From Clostridia bacterium (GTDB lineage: Bacteria; Bacillota; Clostridia; UMGS1883): a DNA stretch of 64,000 bases. The stretch lies in assembly GCA_045591265.1 (NCBI GenBank), contig JAZNSQ010000019.1, positions 102,531 through 166,530 of the forward strand, in the 5' to 3' direction. The position numbers were made by a program, and so were the translations under genes. Under the pieces are notes generated by a model. It made no database searches and was not told the DNA's origin. It worked only from the letters and a program-made list of their open reading frames with translations. Of the stretch, positions 56,762 through 64,000 are shown piece by piece (the stretch's first letter is position 1; each line of letters begins with the position of its first letter).

Positions 56762-58225
56762 ATGAGTTCCATTGAAAAAGTGTCCGAGCTTATAAGCAAG
56801 AAGGCAGAAATTGCTTTAGGCGGCGGAAAAGAAAAAATTGATAAACAACGAGAAAAAGGCAGCCTTACTGCACGTGACAGAATATCCGCCTTTTTAGATG
56901 AAGGAAGCTTCATTGAAATTGGTGCATTCGTAAGCGCGAGGGAATCTTTTACAGCGGCAGACGGCGTTGTAACAGGCTACGGTACTGTTGACGGAAGATT
57001 AGTTTATGTCTATTCAGAAGACATTACAGTTCTTTCAGGTGCAGTTGGTGAAATGAATGCCGAAAAAATCGTTAAGATATTTGATTTAGCTCTTAAGATG
57101 GGCGCGCCTGTTGTGGGAATGCTTGATAGTGACGGCGTGAGACTAAATGAAGGTGCATTTATGCAGGCAGGAATGGGGAAAATCCTTTCTGCAGTATCAA
57201 AGGCAAGCGGTGTTATCCCGAATATAAGTATAGTATTTGGTAACTGTATGGGTGCAAGCGCGATAGCAGCATCTATGAGTGACTTTGTTATAGTGAATGA
57301 AAAAACAGGCAGACTTTTTGTAAGCGGTCCGTCAGTTATTGAAGCTGCATCGAGCAAAAAAGCTCCGTCTTTAAATGAAAGCGGAAACGCGCACTTTACA
57401 TCGGAAAGTGATACAGATGCCCTTGGAATTGCAAGACTTTTGCTTTCATATATTCCGTCAAACAATCTTGCGGATGCATTCTTGTTTGAAAGTGCGGATG
57501 ATGCTAACCGTCCCTGCAGCATTTTAAATAATACAGATGCTGTTGATGACGTAAGAATTGCAATTTCAGAAATTGCAGACGATAAGGCGTTTTTCGAGGT
57601 TCAGCAAGGCTATGCCGAAGAAGCCTCAATCGGATTTATCCGTCTTAACGGCGCAAGCGTTGGAGTTATCGGCACAAATGGAAAAGAGCTTTCAGGTAAG
57701 GCTGTTCAGAAAATTTCAAGATTTGTTCGTTTCTGTGATTGCTTTAACACCCCGATTCTTACTCTTACAGATGTTGACGGATTTGTAGTAAGTGCGGCAG
57801 AGGAAGAATACGGCTTGGCCAGAAAATGCGCAAACCTTGTGTATGCATTTACGGGCGCAACAGTGCCGAAGGTAAATGTAGTTATTAAAAAAGGCTACGG
57901 CACAGCTTTTGCAATTCTTAATTCTGCGCAGGCAGGGGCAGACGTTGTATTTGCTTATCCCACTGCCCAAATTGCACCGCTCAATCCTGAAATGGGAATT
58001 CGCGTTATATATAATGAAAGAATGCAAAATGGCGAAAGTAAGGATGCTCTTATAGAAGAGTATAAAGAAAATGAAGCATCAGTATACGAAAGTGCAAAAG
58101 CAGGATATATTGATGACGTTATAAATCCTGAAGAAACACGCCAGAGAGTTATTGCAGCTTTTGAAATGCTTGCAAGTAAGCGCGCAACCAATCCTTCACG
58201 CAAGCATGACAATATGCCACTTTAA
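56762..58225 (+). CDS. Acyl-CoA carboxyltransferase (methylmalonyl-CoA decarboxylase alpha / PccB-like)
   Basis: LTARDRI..DEGSF.E, DGVVTGYG, FVRFCD.FN.P, IDDVI.P..TR, RKH.N.PL. Confidence 0.88.
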   Translation: MSSIEKVSELISKKAEIALGGGKEKIDKQREKGSLTARDRISAFLDEGSFIEIGAFVSARESFTAADGVVTGYGTVDGRLVYVYSEDITVLSGAVGEMNAEKIVKIFDLALKMGAPVVGMLDSDGVRLNEGAFMQAGMGKILSAVSKASGVIPNISIVFGNCMGASAIAASMSDFVIVNEKTGRLFVSGPSVIEAASSKKAPSLNESGNAHFTSESDTDALGIARLLLSYIPSNNLADAFLFESADDANRPCSILNNTDAVDDVRIAISEIADDKAFFEVQQGYAEEASIGFIRLNGASVGVIGTNGKELSGKAVQKISRFVRFCDCFNTPILTLTDVDGFVVSAAEEEYGLARKCANLVYAFTGATVPKVNVVIKKGYGTAFAILNSAQAGADVVFAYPTAQIAPLNPEMGIRVIYNERMQNGESKDALIEEYKENEASVYESAKAGYIDDVINPEETRQRVIAAFEMLASKRATNPSRKHDNMPL

Positions 58226-58237
58226 GAGGTGATTTAT

Positions 58238-58594
58238 ATGGAACTTAATGTGAAAAATATAATCGCCGAAGGTTTAGCATACACCGTTATGGGAGTGGTT
58301 GTTGTCTTTTTAATTCTTATTATCATAATGTTTGTAATTAAGGCAATGGAGCTCTTTAGCGGTGAAAAAGCAGAAAAGACAGTAAAGCCAGAACCCGTGC
58401 AGGAGGATTCTTTGCCGGAAGTTAAAGAAGTTAAAAAGGCAGACGATACAGAGCTTATCGCAGTAATAACTGCGTGCATCGCGGCATCAATGGGAAAAAG
58501 CGCAAGCTCGCTTATAATTCGTTCTTATAAGAAAATACAAGGCGATGTGTGGAATAAACAAGGTCGCCGTGAAATTTTGGAAAACAGATTTTAG
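58238..58594 (+). CDS. OadG/MmdD-like decarboxylase membrane subunit
   Basis: N-terminal TM, ELIAVI.A.IA, W...GR. Confidence 0.8.
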   Translation: MELNVKNIIAEGLAYTVMGVVVVFLILIIIMFVIKAMELFSGEKAEKTVKPEPVQEDSLPEVKEVKKADDTELIAVITACIAASMGKSASSLIIRSYKKIQGDVWNKQGRREILENRF

Positions 58595-58606
58595 GAGGAT
58601 AAAGCA

Positions 58607-59002
58607 ATGAGAAAATTTATAGTAAATGTAAACGGTAATTCATATGAGGTTGAGGTTGAAGAAGTAGGCGGTGTAGCCGTAGCTCCTGTAGCCTCGGCAC
58701 CTGCGGTAGCTTCTGCGCCTGCAGCAACTCCTGCACCTTCAGCACCCGCAGCAGCACCAGCGCCTGCACCAGCTCCTGCAGCACCTGCAAATGGTACAAA
58801 GGTCAATGCACCTATGCCGGGAACAGTTGTGGATATCCGCGTTTCAAACGGAGCACAGGTTAAAAAAGGTGACGTTATAGTTATTTTGGAAGCTATGAAA
58901 ATGGAAAACGAAATCGTGGCTCCCTGCGATGGCACTGCAACTGTTGTAGCTACAAAGGGTCAGACAGTAAACAGCGGTGATTTACTCGTATCTCTTTCTT
59001 AA
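58607..59002 (+). CDS. Biotin carboxyl carrier protein
   Basis: Ala/Pro linker, APMPG, EAMKMENE. Confidence 0.93.
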   Translation: MRKFIVNVNGNSYEVEVEEVGGVAVAPVASAPAVASAPAATPAPSAPAAAPAPAPAPAAPANGTKVNAPMPGTVVDIRVSNGAQVKKGDVIVILEAMKMENEIVAPCDGTATVVATKGQTVNSGDLLVSLS

Positions 59003-59037
59003 TTTGACGAGAATAATTAAGAATGGAGTGGTAAATC

Positions 59038-60285
59038 TTGCTGAGTAACTTATTAGATAAAATTGTTTCCGGTTTTGCAAATTTCTTTGCAAATACAGGT
59101 GTTGCCGACATGGTTTCACCTGACGGAATTGTATGGTGGAAAACTGTTGTTATGATTGTAATTGCGTGCGTGCTTTTATATCTTGCAATAGTTAAAAAGT
59201 TTGAGCCTCTCTTACTTTTGCCGATTGCCTTCGGTATGCTTTTGGCTAACCTTCCGCTTGGAGGGGTAATGCATCCCGAACTCTTTTTAGGCGAGAGTAT
59301 AGATTACGGCATGGTACTTAAAAAAGGCGGTCTTTTAGACCTTTTGTATCTTGGTGTTAAGCTTGGAATTTATCCTCCGCTTATTTTCCTTGGGATAGGA
59401 TGTATGACGGACTTCGGTCCTCTTATTTCAAATCCGAAAAGCATTCTTTTAGGTGCGGCAGCACAGATTGGTGTGTTTATTACATTCCTTGGTGCAATTC
59501 TTCTCGGGGCATTTCAAATTGGCGGTTTTGGTGCAGACGGCACTATGGAAACAATCTTTAAGGAAGCTGCATCAATCGGTATTATAGGCGGTGCAGACGG
59601 TCCTACCGCGATATATGTAACAAAAACACTTGCACCATCTCTTTTAAGTGCGATTGCCGTTGCGGCATATTCATATATGGCGCTCGTTCCAATCATTCAG
59701 CCGCCGATTATGAAAGCACTTACCACAAAAGAGGAAAGAATGATTGTTATGGAGCAGCTTCGCCCCGTATCACAAAAAGAAAAAATACTTTTCCCGATAA
59801 TTGTAACGATAGTTGTAGTTTTGCTTGTTCCCGATGCAGCACCCCTTGTTGGTATGCTTATGCTCGGCAACCTCTTTAAAGAAAGCGGAGTGGTGGACAG
59901 AATAAGTAAAGCGGCACAAAATGAGCTTATGAATATTATAACAATATTCCTTGGCGTAACAGTTGGTGCAACCGCTACTGCAGACACATTTATTACACCA
60001 AAAACACTTCTTATTATCTGCCTTGGACTTACCGCATTCTCTGTAAGTACGGCAGGCGGTGTTATCTTTGGAAAAATAATGTGCAAGATGACGGGTGGAA
60101 AGGTTAATCCTCTTATCGGTAGTGCAGGCGTAAGTGCAGTGCCGATGGCGGCAAGAGTATCACAAACTGTAGGGCAGAAGGAAAACCCCTCAAACTTTCT
60201 TCTTATGCACGCGATGGGACCAAACGTTGCAGGCGTTATAGGAAGTGCCGTTGCGGCGGGAGTATTCCTCTCACTCTTTAAGTAA
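59038..60285 (+). CDS. oadB: Na+-translocating decarboxylase beta subunit
   Basis: [35 protein letters not shown]. Confidence 0.93.
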   Translation: MLSNLLDKIVSGFANFFANTGVADMVSPDGIVWWKTVVMIVIACVLLYLAIVKKFEPLLLLPIAFGMLLANLPLGGVMHPELFLGESIDYGMVLKKGGLLDLLYLGVKLGIYPPLIFLGIGCMTDFGPLISNPKSILLGAAAQIGVFITFLGAILLGAFQIGGFGADGTMETIFKEAASIGIIGGADGPTAIYVTKTLAPSLLSAIAVAAYSYMALVPIIQPPIMKALTTKEERMIVMEQLRPVSQKEKILFPIIVTIVVVLLVPDAAPLVGMLMLGNLFKESGVVDRISKAAQNELMNIITIFLGVTVGATATADTFITPKTLLIICLGLTAFSVSTAGGVIFGKIMCKMTGGKVNPLIGSAGVSAVPMAARVSQTVGQKENPSNFLLMHAMGPNVAGVIGSAVAAGVFLSLFK

Positions 60286-60312
60286 TGCGGAAAAAGAAAG
60301 GATAGAATTAAA

Positions 60313-61716
60313 ATGGCTAATAAAGGCGTTAAAATAACAGAAACAATTCTTCGTGACGCGCATCAGTCTCTTATCGCTACAAGAATGACAACTGAAGAAA
60401 TGCTTGGTGCAGTGGAACTGCTCGATAAGGTTGGCTACAATGCTCTTGAAGCTTGGGGCGGTGCAACGTTTGACAGTTGCCTTCGTTTCCTTAATGAAGA
60501 CCCGTGGGAAAGACTTCGCAAAATTAAGGACAAGGCTAAAAATACTCCTCTCCAGATGCTTTTCCGTGGACAAAATATCCTCGGATATCGCCATTACGGA
60601 GATGACGTTGTAGAATACTTTGTTCAAAAGTCTATTGCAAATGGTATAGATATTATAAGAATCTTTGATGCGCTTAATGACGTGAGAAACCTTAAAACTG
60701 CAATCGATGCGACAGTTAAGGAAAAAGGACACGTGCAGGCGGCAATTTCATACACAATAAGCCCCGTGCATACAAACGAAAGCTTTATAACACTTGCAAA
60801 ACAGCTTGAGGATATGGGCGCAAGCTCAATTTGTATTAAGGATATGGCAGGTCTTCTTACTCCTTACAATGCATACGACCTTGTAACAGGCATGAAAAAG
60901 GCAGTTAAAATCCCGATTGAGCTTCATACTCACTACACAAGCGGTGTTGCTTCAATGACATATCTTAAGGCTATTGAGGCAGGGGTTGATATTGTGGACT
61001 GTGCGCTTTCACCATTTGCGCTTGGTACATCACAGCCTGCAACAGAGGCTATGGTTGCAACGCTTGAGGGTACAGAGTTTGACACAGGCTATGACCTTAA
61101 TCTCCTTAGCGATATTGCGGACTACTTCAGACCAATCCGTGAAAAGTATATAGCAAACGAAACACTTAATCCCAAGGCGCTTGCAGTTGATGTAAATACT
61201 CTTAAATATCAGGTTCCGGGCGGAATGCTCTCAAACCTTATTTCACAGCTTAAACAGCTTGGCGCAGAAGATAAGTTCCAGGAGGTTCTTAAGGAAGTTC
61301 CACGCGTTCGTGAGGATGCAGGTTTCCCGCCACTTGTAACTCCTACAAGCCAGATTGTAGGTACACAGGCAGTGTTTAACGTAGTTCTTGGAGAAAGATA
61401 CAAAAATGTTACCAAGGAATTCCGCGGACTTATCCGTGGTGAATATGGTAAAACTGCGGTAGATGTTGACCCCGAATTTGCAAAGAAGATTATCGGGGAT
61501 GCACCAATCATTACCGGCAGACCTGCTGACGACATTCCAAATGAGCTTGATAAGTTCAGAAGCGAAATATCTGAATATATTGAGCAGGATGAAGATGTGC
61601 TTAGCTATGCACTCTTTGGCCCTGTAGCAACAAAGTTCTTTGAGTACCGTCAGGGACAAAAGTATAAAATAGATAATGAACTTGCAAATAAGGACGAAAA
61701 TATCCACCCAATGTAA
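60313..61716 (+). CDS. oadA: Oxaloacetate decarboxylase alpha / pyruvate carboxyltransferase (no biotin domain)
   Basis: RDAHQSL.ATR, WGGATFD, IKDMAG, HTH, PGGM, PLVTPTSQ. Confidence 0.9.
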   Translation: MANKGVKITETILRDAHQSLIATRMTTEEMLGAVELLDKVGYNALEAWGGATFDSCLRFLNEDPWERLRKIKDKAKNTPLQMLFRGQNILGYRHYGDDVVEYFVQKSIANGIDIIRIFDALNDVRNLKTAIDATVKEKGHVQAAISYTISPVHTNESFITLAKQLEDMGASSICIKDMAGLLTPYNAYDLVTGMKKAVKIPIELHTHYTSGVASMTYLKAIEAGVDIVDCALSPFALGTSQPATEAMVATLEGTEFDTGYDLNLLSDIADYFRPIREKYIANETLNPKALAVDVNTLKYQVPGGMLSNLISQLKQLGAEDKFQEVLKEVPRVREDAGFPPLVTPTSQIVGTQAVFNVVLGERYKNVTKEFRGLIRGEYGKTAVDVDPEFAKKIIGDAPIITGRPADDIPNELDKFRSEISEYIEQDEDVLSYALFGPVATKFFEYRQGQKYKIDNELANKDENIHPM

Positions 61717-61743
61717 TTTGGGAATGAAAAAAGTCCAGAACGC

Positions 61744-61773
61744 AAAATGCACCTCGGAAGAGGTGCATTTTTT
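61744..61773 (+). terminator. Intrinsic terminator
   Basis: AAAATGCACCTC/GAGGTGCATTTTTT. Confidence 0.75.
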
Positions 61774-61859
61774 GTATTTTATTATTGAAATAGATTAAAC
61801 GAAATGGTATAATAAAGAAAATAGGGTAACTATAATTTTTTTCGGAAGGACAGATTATT

Positions 61860-62543
61860 ATGAAGATACTTATAGTGGATGATGAAAAGCTCCTTGTTAA
61901 AGGAATTAAATTTAATCTTGAGCAGGACGGCTATGAAACAGAGGTGGCTTATGACGGTGAGGAAGCGCTTCGTTTAGCGCGTGATAAAAGCATTTCTCTT
62001 ATCGTGCTTGACCTTATGCTTCCCAATGTTGACGGCCTTACTGTTTGCCAGAAGATAAGAGAATTTTCTACCGTTCCGATAATAATGCTCACTGCAAAAA
62101 CAGAGGATATGGATAAAATACTCGGTCTTGAGTACGGGGCTGACGACTATCTTACAAAGCCGTTTAATATCTTAGAGCTTAAAGCGAGAATTAAGGCTAT
62201 TTTAAGAAGAAGCTCAAATATAGGCACATCTTCTTCAAAGACGACTGCTACAATAGGCGGGGTAGAGCTTGACTATAATCTAAGAAGAATAAGAATTGAT
62301 AATAAGAGTATTGAACTTACATCAAAAGAATTTGACCTTTGTGACCTCTTTGTGTCAAATCCCGGAAAAGTATATTCAAGAGATAATCTTCTTGACATAG
62401 TGTGGGGATATGATTATCCCGGCGATATAAGAACAGTTGACGTTCACGTAAGACGTCTTCGTGAAAAAATAGAGCCTGATGCTGCCAATCCCACGTACAT
62501 ACTTACAAAATGGGGGGTAGGTTACTATTTTAAAGAAAATTAA
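61860..62543 (+). CDS. OmpR/PhoB-family response regulator
   Basis: VDDE, LDLMLP, LTAK, GADDY.TKPF, RTVDVHVRRLREK, WGVGY. Confidence 0.95.
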   Translation: MKILIVDDEKLLVKGIKFNLEQDGYETEVAYDGEEALRLARDKSISLIVLDLMLPNVDGLTVCQKIREFSTVPIIMLTAKTEDMDKILGLEYGADDYLTKPFNILELKARIKAILRRSSNIGTSSSKTTATIGGVELDYNLRRIRIDNKSIELTSKEFDLCDLFVSNPGKVYSRDNLLDIVWGYDYPGDIRTVDVHVRRLREKIEPDAANPTYILTKWGVGYYFKEN

Positions 62544-62550
62544 GGAGAGT

Positions 62551-63951
62551 ATGCAAAGTATACGCATACAGCTTGTACTTACGTATTTTATAATTATTGT
62601 TCTTACAATTATACTTGTAGGAACATATCTTACAAATTCAATGAGGCAGTATACATTAAGCCAAAAGAAAATGCAAACGCTTTCGCAGGCAAATGTTATT
62701 GCAGGATACATCTCACAGTATCAAGATTTAAGCGAGGAAAGCATAAACTTTTTACTTGAGCAGCAACAGGTTGCAAGTGACTGCAGGGTGCTTATGCTCG
62801 ATACCGATGCCAAGGTTTTGTATGATTCAAATAATGGTATTATGCAGGGAATATATATGCCTACAAGCACAATACTTGACGCAATACAGGGGCAGAATGC
62901 ATCGGAGGAAATAACAGAAACTGATGAGGAATTAATTATCGGTGCGGCAGTTCCCACGATTAAAGATAAAAAGGTAACGGGAGTTATTTATTATCAGGTT
63001 TCTGCAACTGATACAGTTGGATTTATGAATCAGCTTTGGGTTACGATGCTTATGCTTGCAGTGCTTATAAGCGTTATTATAGGTGTGGTCAGCTTTATTA
63101 TGGCGGGGATAATTACGGCGCCGATAACGAGCCTTACCCAAAAAATAACCAAAGCGGCAGACGGAAACACTGACTTTTTCATAGAAGAAAAAACGGGTGG
63201 TGAGATTGGAAAGCTTATCGACTCTTTTAATAAGATGACAAGGCAAATCCAGACTCAGGAGGAAAAAAGACAGGAGTTTGTTTCAAATGCCTCGCACGAG
63301 CTTAAGACACCGCTCAGTTCAATTAAGCTTATAAGTGACTCTCTTTTAAATGTGCCTGATGCACCGCGCGAGATGACAAACGAGTTTTTGACGGATATGA
63401 ATATTCAGGTAGAAAGGCTTACGCGTATAATAGATAAGCTTCTGACTCTTACCAGAATGGATAACGACAAAACGGTATCTACGTTAGAATTTGCGGTAAC
63501 TGACCTTACAGACCTTTGCTCAAATATAGTAAAGGCGCTTCGCCCGCTTGCAGAACAGAAGAAAATCTCCCTTATTTATAATGCAGATACTCCCATTTAT
63601 TCAAAGATTGAACGTGACAGAATGTGGGAGGCTATCTATAACATTATCGACAACAGTATCAAGTATACTAAAGAAGAGGGTAGCGTAGAGGTAAGTCTTT
63701 TTAAAGAAGAAAATAATGCTATCATAACCGTCAAGGATACGGGTATCGGAATAGCATCCGAAGAAAAATATAAAATATTCGACAGATTTTACCGCGTGGA
63801 TAAGGCGCGCGCCAGAGAAACAGGCGGAACGGGGCTTGGTCTTTCAATCGCACTTGCATCCGTTGAGCTTCACGGCGGAAACATTCAGGTCGAAAGTGAG
63901 GAAGGTGTGGGCAGTACCTTCCGCATAATTATTCCCATAACGTTTAAATAA
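62551..63951 (+). CDS. HAMP-domain sensor histidine kinase
   Basis: Two TMs, HAMP, SHELKTPL, N...N..KY, DTGIG, RFYRVD, GGTGLGL. Confidence 0.95.
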   Translation: MQSIRIQLVLTYFIIIVLTIILVGTYLTNSMRQYTLSQKKMQTLSQANVIAGYISQYQDLSEESINFLLEQQQVASDCRVLMLDTDAKVLYDSNNGIMQGIYMPTSTILDAIQGQNASEEITETDEELIIGAAVPTIKDKKVTGVIYYQVSATDTVGFMNQLWVTMLMLAVLISVIIGVVSFIMAGIITAPITSLTQKITKAADGNTDFFIEEKTGGEIGKLIDSFNKMTRQIQTQEEKRQEFVSNASHELKTPLSSIKLISDSLLNVPDAPREMTNEFLTDMNIQVERLTRIIDKLLTLTRMDNDKTVSTLEFAVTDLTDLCSNIVKALRPLAEQKKISLIYNADTPIYSKIERDRMWEAIYNIIDNSIKYTKEEGSVEVSLFKEENNAIITVKDTGIGIASEEKYKIFDRFYRVDKARARETGGTGLGLSIALASVELHGGNIQVESEEGVGSTFRIIIPITFK

Positions 63952-63972
63952 TGTTTGAAAGGAAGGGATAAT

Positions 63973-64000
63973 ATGAAAAAAGCATTATCTTTAGCATTAG
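63973..64000 (+). CDS. Start of a probable exported protein (truncated by window)
   Basis: RBS-like AAGGAAGGG then ATG: MKKALSLAL. Confidence 0.45.

Noticed and set aside
58670-58790. GCACC(T/A)GC repeats
   Set aside because: Ordinary Ala/Pro linker of the biotin carrier protein

Overview
Low-GC, spore-forming Clostridia-type (Firmicutes) chromosomal segment, mostly on the + strand. It is largely housekeeping, sporulation and anaerobic metabolism: smc-ftsY, cwlD, SASP, spoIIE, iorAB with an acyl-CoA ligase, nifJ/PFOR, rsmF-maf-mreCD-mrdA-minCDE-mgsA-hydF, asd-dapA-dapB, spoIID-like-queA, galM, rluB, a Na+-translocating decarboxylase cluster and an OmpR/HK pair. I saw no rRNA, tRNA or CRISPR array. 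The outstanding feature is a ~2.1 kb AT-rich islet after nifJ (32100-34180). An intact tyrosine recombinase is followed by two dif-like sites (ACATAA-N6-TTATGT) in inverted orientation. They flank a ~270 bp segment carrying a perfect TTGACA-17-TGnTATAAT promoter that currently points away from two small unknown genes, so it looks like a phase-variable invertible promoter in the OFF state. In this orientation both sites are long hairpins with U-tracts (terminator-like), and inversion would destroy them. Protein calls come from motif recognition only; no database searches were run.
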